64,000 bases of DNA from Toensbergia leucococca. Lineage: Eukaryota. The translations under genes were made by a program, and so were the position numbers. The stretch lies in the NCBI GenBank assembly GCA_022813965.1, contig JALDZS010000002.1:1-64000 (forward strand), written 5' to 3'. Every line of letters starts with the position of its first letter. The first letter of the stretch is position 1. Below, one piece after another: positions 21,950 to 34,624 of the stretch. A model generated the notes under the pieces. The model saw only the letters and a list, made by a program, of their open reading frames with translations, searched no databases and was not told the origin of the DNA.

Positions 21950-23450
21950 TACCATCATACCACAACCCCAGACAGTCAGACAACAGCCCAAACTCACAAC
22001 CTCGCACAAAGAATCCCACATCACTCTCTCCACCAAGCATCCACACCCCAACCCCCCCCCAAAACCACCACCAACCCTCTTCTCCCCCCCCCCCTCCCCC
22101 TTAAAAGAAACCCCTTAAAATCCCCCTCAAAAACCCCACCCATCCACCAACCCATCCACCAACCCCCAGCAAAACATCCCAGGCCAAAAAAAAGAAAAAA
22201 AAAAAAAAAAATTAAGGTCCCAGACACCATACGCGCATCCAAAAAGCCCCACAGCCATTCGTCGGGACATAATGCAAAGAAAAACCTACTCCTCCTTCAA
22301 CCCCCACCCCTGCATCGCCACCCCCAAAATGCCAAACTTTTCCCTGCATATATGCATTTCCCAAGAACTCAGACAGACACGCTTCCCCCCCCCCTCCCGG
22401 CAAACTAAAGAAGAAAAAAAAAACAAAACAGCAAATGCATTCTTGTGCAACCACATACGGCGGCTAATTTCATCAGTAGGTACCCCGCCCTCCTCCACCC
22501 TCGCTCCCTCCAAGGCGCCCCAATCGGAAGATGCAACCCTACTTGCTGGGGGAAGGATCGGATGGCGCTTGTGGCACTCCTCCCATCCTCTTCAAGGTTT
22601 CTCCTGCTTTTGCGTTTTGTTCAAAAAGTTCCATGGCATCATCGTATCTTTTTTTTTTTTCGTAGCTGGTATTTATGCGGGAGGTGAATCATCCGACCCT
22701 CCAGAGGGGGGATGATGTCTTTTTTCCCCTTGTCCAGCCAAATACCCCGCGTGGGTGGTTACACAAGAGGTTAGAGGTACATTGCTGCTAAATGGCCAAG
22801 TCTAAATCCGATAGCAGTCGAAATTACTGTATATCCTTTTTTGAAAACTTTTCGTTCCGGTGGGGAGAAATTTGTGATTTTTTTTTCTTCTGGGATTTGG
22901 GGGGATGTTGCGTCGATCGAGATATGCTTTGCCCCGACTAGGAGGTCAAAAAAAACCCGACGGCGCCCCGCTTGGAAGGTTGATGCCGTACATAGCTCCG
23001 TGCAGGGCTGGATGCAGATGCAGGGGGAAACTTTTTGGGGTTTTGGGGGTGGCGACGCGGGGAAGGGGGCGTCAGGAGGGGCAAAGGTGAAACAAGTGGG
23101 TATCAACATGAGGGACGAGGAGATGAGGCGGTGACGGATGTTGGGCGTTCCAAGACGAAGGAAGGTTTTTGGGGAGGAAGTTTGAGGATAGTGGTGGTGG
23201 CTGATCGGAAGATTTGCGTGGGAGGAGCTGAGACAACTGTCTTTGCGAGCTCTTTGTGGAGGGGAGGAGGAATGAGACAGGGGTAGGTAAAAATGAGAAT
23301 GTTGGGGGAGCATGGGACTTTGGGAAGTCGCATCGAGGATTCGAGGATGCATGGGGAGATAAACAGATGGGCTGAATCATTCTAGAAGGAAATCAGGGGG
23401 TGGTGGTGGTGGCTGATCGGAAGGTTTGCGTGGGAGAAGGTGAGACATAG
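21950..23450. other. Low-complexity intergenic island: C/A homopolymer-rich half followed by a G/T homopolymer-rich half
   Basis: Poly-C and poly-A runs at about 22040-22420; poly-G and poly-T runs at about 22850-23410. No credible ORF. Confidence 0.7.
23191..23447 (+). repeat. Imperfect 45-bp direct repeat, 2 copies (23191-23235 and 23403-23447)
   Basis: gtggtggtggctgatcggaagatttgcgtgggaggagctgagaca versus gtggtggtggctgatcggaaggtttgcgtgggagaaggtgagaca (3 mismatches). Confidence 0.85.
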
Positions 23451-23615
23451 TCTATGCAAGCTGCATTTTATGTAAGGATAGAAGCAAGCCAGTAGCCTGG
23501 CGGATATCGCTTCAATATCTCTGTATGAGAACGGGGGTTTCATATGAACAAAGAATTACCAAGAACTTTTTTTGCTTGCTGTCAAGGTAAGACACTCATC
23601 GAACGATCGACAATT

Positions 23616-25590
23616 CTACACCTCATTGCTAGGATACTCAACATCGGCACTCCCAACAAAATCTTCCTTGATGCTCCGCACGTTTACAAACCGGCCCAAC
23701 AGATTCTGGCTTCCGGCTTTGTCGTTGGTGCCACTAGCTCGGGATCCACCGAACGGTTGCTGCCCGACCACGGCGCCAGTGCACTTACAGTTGATGTAGA
23801 AGTTTCCCGCTGAATTGCGAAGTGCGTCTTCAGCGACGCGGATGGCCGAGCGGTCGCGAGCGAAGACGGCGCCTGTGAGGGCATAGGCGGAGGTGTTGTC
23901 GATCAAGTGGCAGGCTTTCGTGAACGCGTCCGGGTCGTCGTCATCGTAGATATAGATGGTTAGTATTGGGCCGAAGAGTTCGGTGCTGAGAAGGGGGTGG
24001 TGCGGGTTTGTGGTTACGTAAATGGTTGGGTAGATATAGTAGCCTTTGCTGTTGTCGTGGGTGCCACCGACGAGGAGCTCGAGTTCTGGGTCGGATTTGG
24101 CGTCGTCGATGGTCTTGGAAAGTTTTGCGAACGAGGCGGCGTGAATTACAGGGCCGATGAAGTTTTCAAAGGCAGTTGGGGGGCCAGTTTTTAGGGCTTC
24201 GGTTTCGGAGATTAGGACTGGCTTTAGGGCGTGCCAGAGGGAGGATGGGAGGTAGGCTCTGGAAGTGGCGCTGCATTTTTGGCCTTGGTATTCAAACGCG
24301 CCGCGGACGGTGTTAATTGCTGCGTTGTGGACGTCAGCACTGCGGTGGACGAGATGGTAGTTCTTTCCGCCAGTTTCGCCGACGATGCGGGGGTAGCCTT
24401 GGTATTTTCCTTCGGCGACGCCGGTGGCGATTTTGCCGTAGAGGCTACGGAAGACGGCTGTGCTGCCGGTATAGTGGAGACTGGCAAATTTGGGGTGAGC
24501 GAGCACGATGCTGGTGACTTCTTCGGCGTCACCGGGGACGAATTGGATGACGTTTGCAGGGAGACCAGCTTCGAGGAGGATGGTGTAGATGAGGTAATTA
24601 GAGATGACTGCGGAAGGGGAGGGTTTCCAGATTACGACGTTTCCCATGAGAGCAGGGGCGCAGGTGAGGTTACCCCCTATAGCGGTGAAGTTGAAAGGAG
24701 TGATGGCGTAGACGAAGCCTTCTAGCGCTCGATATTCAACGCGGCTATGGAATTTGATCAATACTGTATCTTAATATGGTGCCATGGGTCTGGTACTGAC
24801 TTCCAAACTCCGGGGGAGTTGTGAACAGGCTGCTGCGCATAAAGCATTTCGGCATAATGCACATTGAATCTATTTGATCTCAGTCGTGATATCTAATTGG
24901 GTTGGTCAAGACACTCTTACCTCAAGAAGTCACAAAGCTCAGCGGCAGCATCTATCTCCGCTTGCCACGCATTTTTCCCTTGTCCCAGCATTGTTGCAGC
25001 CATAAGTTCGTATCGATACTTTCCGCTGATGAGATCGGCTGCTTTGAGAAAGACGGCCGCTCTATCGGCAAATGGAAGGGCTTCCCACGCGGGCTTAGCT
25101 TCAAGAGCACAGTCTATCGCTTTTGACACGTCCGGGGAGCTAGCATTTGAGTAGTTTGCTAGGACGTCTTTATGGGAAGACGGGATGTTCTGGCTGAGGA
25201 TTTTCGACGTTTTGATCTAGAAGAGTTGAGTTAGTGAAGAGAGGCAGCGATACAATTCAACATTACCGACCTCCTTTCCCCCAATCACGGCTGGGATCTC
25301 GAGAGGGCTTTGCTGCGTCAAAGCCTTCAATGCAGCCTCGAGCTCCTGTCGATCTGTAGAACCTTTGGCAAAGTGTTTCTAAATCAGTGACACTTAGTAC
25401 CCTGTCTTCTCGTCATATTGGAAATTCCGTTTTCACATACATTGGCCTCGTTCTCCACTTTAGGAACCTTGAACGAAGCTATGGTGGCCATCCTGATATT
25501 TGGGAGAGTTTGTGTGAATAATATTTTCTGGGGAATGGTGAGTAACTTAGGCGTAAGAGGCGAAAGACGTTGGAAGGTCCTGAATGCCAT
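23616..25590 (-). CDS. PUT2: Mitochondrial delta-1-pyrroline-5-carboxylate dehydrogenase; multi-exon
   Basis: Presequence-like N-terminus MAFRTFQRLSPL. Motifs QGKNAWQAEIDAAAELCDF, ITPFNFTAIGGNL, GETGGKN, FEYQGQKCSA, ELFGP and QPFGGSRASGTNDKAG. Confidence 0.95.
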
Positions 25591-25933
25591 TAAGACACAA
25601 AAAGATCAACATGTTGAACCATGGAAAAGCTTCCTGGATTGTTTACAAAGTGGGGCAAGGTGGGGCCGGTATCGGGGATGAGGGGAGGAGCAATACAATT
25701 AATTCTATTCTAGCCCTAAACTACGTCGGCCAAAGTACTTCGCCTCAATGAATGTTTGTACCCGTAACTGACGTACCACTCACCACTCAAACAAGCTGCT
25801 TCCTGAACCAATACATTACCTTCTTATATGCCCTGGATCTTTAGCAGACACACTATTTTCTCAACAGCAAACAATCCAAGCTTGTCGACTGCTCAAGTCG
25901 TCCCTGGGATACGGAGTACCTCGGCAGATAATC

Positions 25934-26519
25934 ATGGAAATAATCCAAGGTACCAGATCACGCGCTCACCTCTCTCTGGCTCATTTTCTGGACTGATTAC
26001 CTTCTAGATTACATGCCCGACATCTTCTACCTCTATAATACCTACTACACTCCTTACGAACCATACATCACCCCCCTTCGCCGCTACCTATACCTATCTC
26101 AATCTTACTTTTACCGCTACTTCTTCCCGTACATATGGCCCCTCTACAGAATATGGACCAAAATAATAGGCAAAGTCCTTACAGATACGCCCGATTTCGC
26201 AGCGTTAGCTCTCCTCGCCGTCATTGTTCTGGTCTCGATCAAAGTGCTTGATATGTTGCGCAAAAGCATCATTTACTGGCTTGGCTTAGCGTTGAGGCTA
26301 GCGTTATGGGCAATGGTGGCGGGTGTGGGTGTGTATGTTTGGCAAAGAGGATTTGAGCAGAGCATAGAAGATTTAGGCTGGGTTATGGGATTCTTGGAGG
26401 GGCTGGGAGATGAGGGTGAAAGGATAGGGCAGAATAGAGCTTATCGGAAGGCCGGAGATGCGAGGAGGATGCCGAGGTCGGGGCCCAGAGGTAGGACCAG
26501 GGGGGGTGGTTGGACGTAG
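25934..26519 (+). CDS. APQ12: Apq12-like nuclear envelope/pore biogenesis membrane protein; 2 exons
   Basis: Short exon MEIIQ, an intron, then PDFAALALLAVIVLVSIKVLDMLRKSIIYWLGLALRLALW...VWQRG, a two-TM pattern like the Apq12 domain. Confidence 0.65.
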
Positions 26520-26989
26520 GGGCTTTGGCTTTGGCAGCGCTGGTTCAAAAGGGGGCTTGGGGAGTACGCGCGAGCTGCAACACGCGTTATAATACAGGTA
26601 TATGATGGGCATTTTTGAGACGACAAACAAACGTCCACGGACTTTGACCGGGTATCTGGAGTTTAGATGCGGCAATATACCAAGGAGTATCAGAAGTGAA
26701 AAGGCGAAGGAGTTCCTGCTGACCCTCCAACTTTCACCCGAGAACTTGGATTTACTCGCTTGAATCTCATGATACCCGTTTGCACCGTCAGCAAAGAAGG
26801 GGTGGTGAACTTGCATGCGGATCACATTTATGGAAGGTTCCTTGAAACGCCAGTGCTATGCTATCGTTACTTACCCAAATACGCCCCTTTTGCCTCTGCC
26901 GTTATTTCATCCATCAGAGACAGTGCAAGCCAATTTGCTCACATGAGAATGAGATACGAAAGATATGCACTTCTTTCATGTCCATCCTT

Positions 26990-28002
26990 TCATGACATAT
27001 CAGTATCCGCCCAGTCATTCCCAATCTCGTCATTTGGTTCGCGTGGCTCCTGAGCCTCATGAAACTGTATGGCATCATCAATATAGCTCAGTATTGCACC
27101 AACGCTGTCTTCGTCCTGCACATCGAGCTGTAAAAATGACACCATACTGAAGTCGTCGATCAGCTGTGCCACTGCTCGGTTCAATTTTTTGAAACTACCG
27201 CCAGTCATGACAGATCTAGTAGATGAAGGGTCGACTCCAAGATCCTGGGCTGATATTGAAGCTGCATCGGTGGCTGCTGGATCGTCGTCTAGTAACGAAT
27301 TATCTGGGTCAATAAAACGCTTCAATTCCTTCCTGGAAACAGAGCCTTTGACCAGATCCATCTTACTAAGAACATTGACGTGGGGCATTTCAAGCATGAT
27401 CATGGCGCTCATTGCTGACAAAGTGCCGGCGAAGAACTTTGCTCGATCAATAACGAAGGTTGACTCCAGGAGATAGGTTGCACACATATTAACGTTGAGG
27501 GCGCCAGTGCGAGTAAGATGTCTGACAAGGGCAGGAACAACTGGGATATGGGTATAGAGCTCGATTTGTCCAGGCATATCGATGATGATGAGATATTCTT
27601 CGGTTATGGGATCGATAGCTTCTGTGAGAAAGTCTAGGTTTTCCAGAAGAAGTCTGAGATAGGACGAGATAGATTAGCTCACGTTGTACCTCTGCAGTGG
27701 TTGTAGTGTACTCGAAGCAATAGATCAATCCCCCATTAGGACCCAAGCCCATCTCCTCCATAACATCTTCAAGGGAGACAAGGTCTTTGATATCTAAATC
27801 CGGCTGATAGGCAAACTCTTCGGCCGCAGGATCAAGATTGATATAGAAGCATGAGCGCTTGTTATTCCTCAGATGTTGTATCAAAGCTGAACAAAAGGTT
27901 GTCTGCATGACCGATTAGGGCTATCAATTTAAGCAGATTGAGAGCCGCGCACACCTTGCCGGCACCAGCCGGGCCCATTACAAGCACACCGTACTTGCTC
28001 AT
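26990..28002 (-). CDS. GPN3: GPN-loop GTPase 3; 3 exons
   Basis: [21 protein letters not shown]-loop, [33 protein letters not shown] and NVLSKMDL. Confidence 0.92.
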
Positions 28003-28402
28003 TATTTGCTTCGAGACAATTGAAATCACTGTGAGTAGAGTGACCTCAGGCTTGACAGTGATACCTTATCTGCAAGGGGTGGAAAATTAAATTAGGTTTG
28101 CTCGGTGGACCGACCGGGGTAAAATATTCTGCCACTCCGAAGGCGGTGAGAGCAAAGACGACATATTCTACGGAGTACGGAGTAATTGACAATGAAAAAC
28201 TAGAACTAAGGGGGGAAACGCAATATTCCACTAAGCGCACCCCATAAGGATCCCATTGAATTGATCCGACCCTCAGACCTTCAACTTCAACTTCACCTTC
28301 CCCATCCCACCCCCCATTTATTGTAGAAGCATCTTCCATCCATCATAGATATCCTCATTGACACTCAGTATCATCATTAAAAGCCACACCTCAACCTCCA
28401 AG

Positions 28403-29792
28403 ATGGTGCACGCAACTACGAATGGCACCAAGAGCTCTTTTCTCTTCACCTCCGAATCCGTTGGTGAAGGCCACCCAGATAAGATTGCGTCAGTAGAATT
28501 CACTTCCGAGACCAGGCATTGAAGTTGTCTGGCTGACTGCTGAAATGCAATAGGGATCAAGTGTCTGATGCTATCCTTGACGCTTGCTTAGCTGAAGATC
28601 CCCTGTCCAAGGTATTTCATCATCTTCTCTTGGCCAATTTCCAGTATTGACGGATATGGCTATAAGGTTGGATGCGAAACCGCCACGAAGACCGGTCGGT
28701 TTGAAATCTCCCGGTTTAAGTAGTCAAAGCTGATCTCCTAGGCATGATAATGGTCTTTGGGGAAATCACCACCAAAGCAACTCTTGACTACCAGAAGATT
28801 ATTCGTAATACTATCAAGGATATTGGCTATGACCATTCGGACAAAGGTTTCGACTACAAGACCTGTAATGTCCTGGTAGCAATTGAACAGCAGTCTCCCG
28901 ATATTGCTCAAGGTCTGCACTATGAAGAGGCCCTGGAAAAGCTTGGTGCAGGCGACCAAGGCATCATGTTTGGTTATGCAACAGACGAGACTCCAGAATA
29001 CCTCCCCCTTACTATTCAATTGGCGCACAAGCTTAACAGCGCAATGAAAGAAGCCAGAAATGACGGAAGTCTACCATGGCTAAGACCCGACACAAAAACC
29101 CAGGTGACCATTGAGTATGAACATGATGGCGGCGCTGTCATTCCCAAGAGAGTAGATACGGTTGTAGTCAGCGCACAGCACAGCGAAAAAATCACTACCG
29201 TGGAACTGCGAAAGGAAATCTTGGAGAAAATCGTGAAGAAGGTCATTCCTGCCAAGTACCTTGATGAGAAGACAATTTATCACGTTAGCAAAACTTCAAA
29301 GAGGCGTCATACCGAAACTGACACGGGATATAGATTCAACCATCCGGTCTCTTCATCATCGGCGGACCGCAAGGAGACGCCGGTCTAACAGGGCGAAAGA
29401 TAATTGTTGACACCTACGGCGGATGGGGCGCTCATGGAGGTGGAGCTTTCTCCGGAAAGGACTATTCGAAGGTCGACCGATCTGCCGCATACCTTGCGCG
29501 GTGGATAGCAAAGTCACTTGTGCATGCGAAGCTTGCACGCCGTGCATTAGTCCAGCTATCGTACGCCATCGGTGTTGCTGAACCTCTTTCAATGTTTGTC
29601 GAGTCGTACGGAACTTCGGATCGGTCGTCAGACGAGCTTGTGGAAATTATAAAAAGCAATTTCGATCTCAGGCCAGGAGTCATCGTCAAGGAGTTGGATC
29701 TCATCAAGCCAATCTACTGTCAGACAGCTAAGAATGGGCATTTTACGGACCAAAATTTCAATTGGGAGAAGCCCAAGGAACTAAAGTTTTAA
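28403..29792 (+). CDS. SAM1: S-adenosylmethionine synthetase; multi-exon
   Basis: [62 protein letters not shown] and WEKPKELKF*. Confidence 0.97.
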
Positions 29793-32317
29793 GCAGCAGC
29801 AGGTATAAAAGGCGACTCAACATCGCATTGAATGTCGACGCTTACGGCCGTAATGAAGTCACGATTGTACAGCTTTGTTTTCAACAACTCAAGGCGCATA
29901 AAGAGCCTATAAAAAGTCGGCAGATTCAACATATAAAAGGGCATGAAAGTGTAGCATCTGGCGAGCATGGGCGTTGGGAGAATCTTCAACACCTTCTCTG
30001 TTTCATGATTGGGAAAGTGGTGTGTGGATGTATTCAGACTTTTTAGATAGGTGGCTCGAAGCAACCAATAATTGCTGTTCCCACGTAAAGTGGGTGCAGT
30101 GTCTCAATGTACGGCGAAGCCACGGTGTGGGCCATCCAAGTCGGTACTAATGAAACGTGCACACCAGCGGTGTGTTTGCGGGACGAGCCTTTGGTCACGC
30201 TGATCTCTGCATGATGGTGTGATGTTTCAGTTGCGGCGAGTCATCTGGCTAAGTTGGATCCTTCACGGCCAGAGCAAGGAACAAGTCATTGGCTGCGTTG
30301 AGGCTTAGTCCTAAGCTATTATTGACAGATCTGTTCAGCATGACCCTGGCTAGATCTTGATATTCTCCGCAGCATGACCAGTCTAGCGTGGGATTGAAAG
30401 AGTCGAGGGTGAAACGCAGATGCAAAACAGTCGTCGACTGCGAAACAGGCTGGCGGAATGAAGGCAGTCATGTGGCTCGCTCGCATGAAGCATTGAAATT
30501 GACAGCGGCCAGTCAGGGAGATTCCAGCATATGGAATTAGTAACGACTAATGCAAGGCAGCATGTACCGGGATGCTCTTTGCATTGCTCTTGTTCTTCTG
30601 ATCCGGTGAGCGCTTCGTCCACCTACCAATCGTAGCTTAGGGCTCGCTTAGCCCATTGGTCACTCACTTTGAAACCCTGCTCATCTTCACATGCATCCGC
30701 ATATCATCCATTCTGGCTCCATGAGAAGAATCAAAGGTCGAAGGTGCTCGAAGAGGCCATCATGGACTCGTGTCGTCCGATGGATCGACCTTCATCCACC
30801 ACCCGGGCTCAAACAGATCCACCCACACAGAGCTCCTGGTTTAGCAGTCCCCCCAGTAGGATAGAGTCGCTTTCTCTAGCGGGTTTAGCTTTCCACCGTC
30901 GTCAGTAGTAGATAATAACAATGGCCGTTGGAACATTTCTTGCACTTGCTTTTTTGACCAACGAGTAAGGTATTCTGGTCCTCGTACTCGGCCCGCACTC
31001 CGCAGATCCTCAACACAAATCCACAAATCCCAATTGACAATCCTCTCCCTTCTTGACGACAGCAGCATTATTAGGCTTCTTAGGCTCGCTCCATTGCGCA
31101 ACGATCGACGTACCCGCCTCCAACGCGTCTCGGGCTTGCCATGGCTTGGATCCTGCTGTGGCGTGGTGCATCTCCACAGTGCATGTCTGCAACATGACAA
31201 TAACAAGCAGCAAATCGTCATAGCCGTCCCGTAAGTAATTCTAAATTTACCTTGCCTATTTGGATATCATCATCATCATCACTCGAACGAGCATTGTTGC
31301 TGCTCCCCCATTCGTATCCTGCATCCTATCTGCTCTGGAGTCTTGAGCCTGTTCCCGAGCGGGGAGAATTGCCCGGGCTTGCTGGATTGGCCCGCTACTA
31401 GAGCGGCGCCTACAGCGACAAATCGCAGCGATTCCAAGGCCGCGGTCGCTTTCTTCTAGACCGTCAAGCAAGGCATCCTCGGGAAGGCGCACGTTCTGCC
31501 TGCCACCTGCGACCTGCAAGCTCCGACCCACGACCTACGACCGTGCGACCTCTCCACGAGTTCCGTCCGGACCTAAGCCATGCAAGCGGCATCATGCATT
31601 ACTTGAGATTGGGAGACTCGTGCTCGATCCACGCTCAATATCCCTCTTCATTGGCAGGCTGATCACTAGACCAAAAAGCCCCCCACTGACTGACGCCTTG
31701 TACCGACACCAGATATCTGTCCCGTCCCCAGGATCATCGCCGTATCAGGAAAGCCTAAAATCTTACTAAGGAGGCCACCCCCATACCGAGCTACGATCTT
31801 GACTCCATCGGCCTGCAAGTCCTCTGCAAGTCCATCACATTATCCTGGACTGTTTATCCACGATAGCCTAGTTCGCCTCGCTTGGTTGTGGCAGAGCCCG
31901 CCGACTGGCCTAAAGTCCCACCCCCCCGCCAGTTAAGACAAGCACCCCTCTTGTTCAACTACGCGAACGATTGGGGCAATTCACGACATCACTTACACCT
32001 CCCGCGACCTTGCATCAAGGACCAAAGTCGCATGGAACGATTCCTATCCGTCTGCTCCAATCGCACCGACACATCCTCCTCTGACACCACCCCCCCTCTG
32101 GCTAACATAGTGCCCGGGAAGGGTCTAAACTCTCTTTAGATTTGTATCTCGGCTCAACTGCATGCGACACCTCGCGCCGTTGTCCGTTCCCTAAATCCGA
32201 TAGTGCATCATCACCGCAGTCATTCATCACCAACCTGCTACGGGCGCTTTTGCGCACCAGCACGGTCGGTGCGACAAGCTTCGTATCTGTGTGAGAATTG
32301 GAGAAAGTGAAGCCGCA

Positions 32318-34624
32318 ATGTACACAGCACCGCATCCAGTCTCGACGGCGTTGAATGGTATGGGAAACGATCTGATAGATGGTTCCGGTACAATCAACCC
32401 AGCAGCATTGGCATCGAAGACCCCCGGTAATTCCTCGTTTCCTGTTGTCTATAGATAGATGCTGTGCTGGCGAACGAGCAACGTATTGCCTTCTTGGATT
32501 TGGTGTCATCGTGCTGCTGAGCTCCGTATTACAATGAATTGACTAACGCTGACGCTTCCTGCTCTTAGTTGCAGTGCTCACATCATCAACGCCTATCAAT
32601 GCGCCGGATGCGAGCCCACGAGGTCTAAAGCGAAGTCGTTCCCCGGAGGGATATGCAGACATACCGTTAGGCGGTGAAGGTGATGATGGTATGTGGACAC
32701 CGACGAAGCGAGTAGCCGTATTCCGATTGACAGGGATTGGAGACTTGACGTGGAGGAATCAAAGAAATGATGATGATGAGACGAGGGCTGATTTCGTGTT
32801 GAACGTGTAGAAGACCAGAAGCCAAGAAAGCGCGGCAGGCCACCGAAGTCAAGGACTTCCGGAGGAGTTTCCGAAAGCCCTACCAGTACAAGTCAACAAT
32901 TGACGCAGGCTCAATTACGGACGCCTCAGTTGCAAACGCAAGGTCTCCCTCAACAGACAAACATCACACCCACACAAACCTCGCCACCTAAGACCACACC
33001 AACGAAAAGCGTCGTAAAGGCTTTGCCAACTGTAAGGGATCACACGACAGATCAGCTGAGTCCAGAAGGCGATGAGTATGTACCACGAGAATATGATGAG
33101 CAAGGGGAAAAGAAGGTCTCTCCAACCGGTCATCCATTGGAAGGACGAGACTACAGATGTCGAACATTTTTCGTACCAAACAGAGGTGACAAGCTTTTCA
33201 TGCTAGCAACGGAATGTGCACGTGTCTTGAATTATCGAGACTCTTATCTTCTCTTTAATAAGAACCGATCTTTATTCAAAATCATTGCGACGCAACCTGA
33301 GAAGGATGACTTAATTCATCAAGAAATCCTCCCTTACTCATACCGCTCACGCCAGATTGCCATTGTCACAGCAAAGTCTATGTTCCGTCAGTTTGGCAGC
33401 AGGGTCATCTCGAACGGCAGGCGCGTTCGGGACGATTACTGGGAGGCCAAGGCACGGAAACAAGGCTTCACCGAGGATGATTTGGCAGGTGAAAAGCGAC
33501 CTGGTGCCGCCAAAGCGAGAGACGCAGCAGCTGCAGAGGCTGCAAGCGTGGGTGCAGTGGCACTAGGGCACCATCCCGACATAATTTACAGCAACGGACC
33601 TGGGCCCTTGGACGCTCATGGCCATCCTCAAGGTCTTCAGCCTGCACTTGGTGGAGCAATGCCAGCTACTCTGGCACCGTTGCCAATGATCCATTTGGCG
33701 CCTACCGAAGATGTACGATTACGAGATTATGGGAACATCGCTCGGCCGAGACAAGAGATCACTGGGGCTCCGTACCAAGATAGGACGCAGTCGAGCTCAG
33801 CCACTGAAATAATCAATCAAGCTTCGCACACAGCAGACTTTAACAAGGTGCTGAATCAGCAACGCATGCCTCGTGGCAAGTATCTGGATGAATTTTGGAA
33901 GCAGCCTCGAGATGTCCCTGTGTCTACACCACAACAACAACAGCAACAACAACACCCATCCGAGACAAGTCCGATAGCCAGTCAATCGCTACAATCGCCT
34001 CCTGTCGTGTCAAGCGGCATGATGAACCCTAGCCAGCAACCAATGCTACAACACCAGGCGTCGCAGATGATGAGTCCCCAAGCCTATTCGCAGCCACCTC
34101 ACCCGCAAAACCCTCTAGCTCAGTCCCCAATCCGAGGCGCTCAGCAACCCGTACGACCAGACCAAATGCATCAACGATCGTCCGGTCTTTCATATGTGCC
34201 AGGTAGTGGAGCTCAAGGCTCACCCTATGGGTATTCTCAAAGCTCTCAAATGTGGGGACAACCTCCTCCACAACCTCAGCAATCACCGCTCTCGGCCCAC
34301 CATGGCGTCCCCCAATACAGCCAAGCGGCTCCACAACAATCACCACACCCCTCACAATCACCTCACCAAGCTTCACAGTTACATCATCCACAGAGCAGTG
34401 GCTCTTTGCACAGCGGCATGGCATATCAGAGCATGCCTGGCATCCCACAACCTGGGTATCCGGCTATGGGTGCAAGAGGAATGTACCAACAGCCTAGCCC
34501 GAGCCCGCAGCATTATATGCAACAGACGACAGCAGCGCAGCAGTCAGGCATGCAAGGATGGGCGCCACCGCCCCAACAAGGAGGACAGCAACAGCACCCT
34601 GGGCCAGGATGGCCAGGTTATTGA
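32318..34624 (+). CDS. NPL6: Npl6/Rsc7/Swp82-family chromatin-remodelling subunit with an AT-hook and a Q/P-rich C-terminus; 3 exons
   Basis: ATG at 32318 (MYTAPHPV...). AT-hook KPRKRGRPPK, then GEKKVSPTGHPLEGRDYRCRTF, LFMLATECARVLNYRDSYLLF and RQIAIVTAKSMFRQFGSRVI...DDYWE (CRC subunit domain). Confidence 0.85.

Noticed and set aside
21654..23380. Many overlapping Pro/Lys- or Gly/Phe-rich ORFs on both strands
   Set aside because: Products of homopolymer-rich, stop-poor composition, with no protein family signal.
29800..32300. Long gap with several short ORFs between SAM1 and NPL6
   Set aside because: No motif, codon bias or splice pattern supports a gene. Probably regulatory or UTR sequence.
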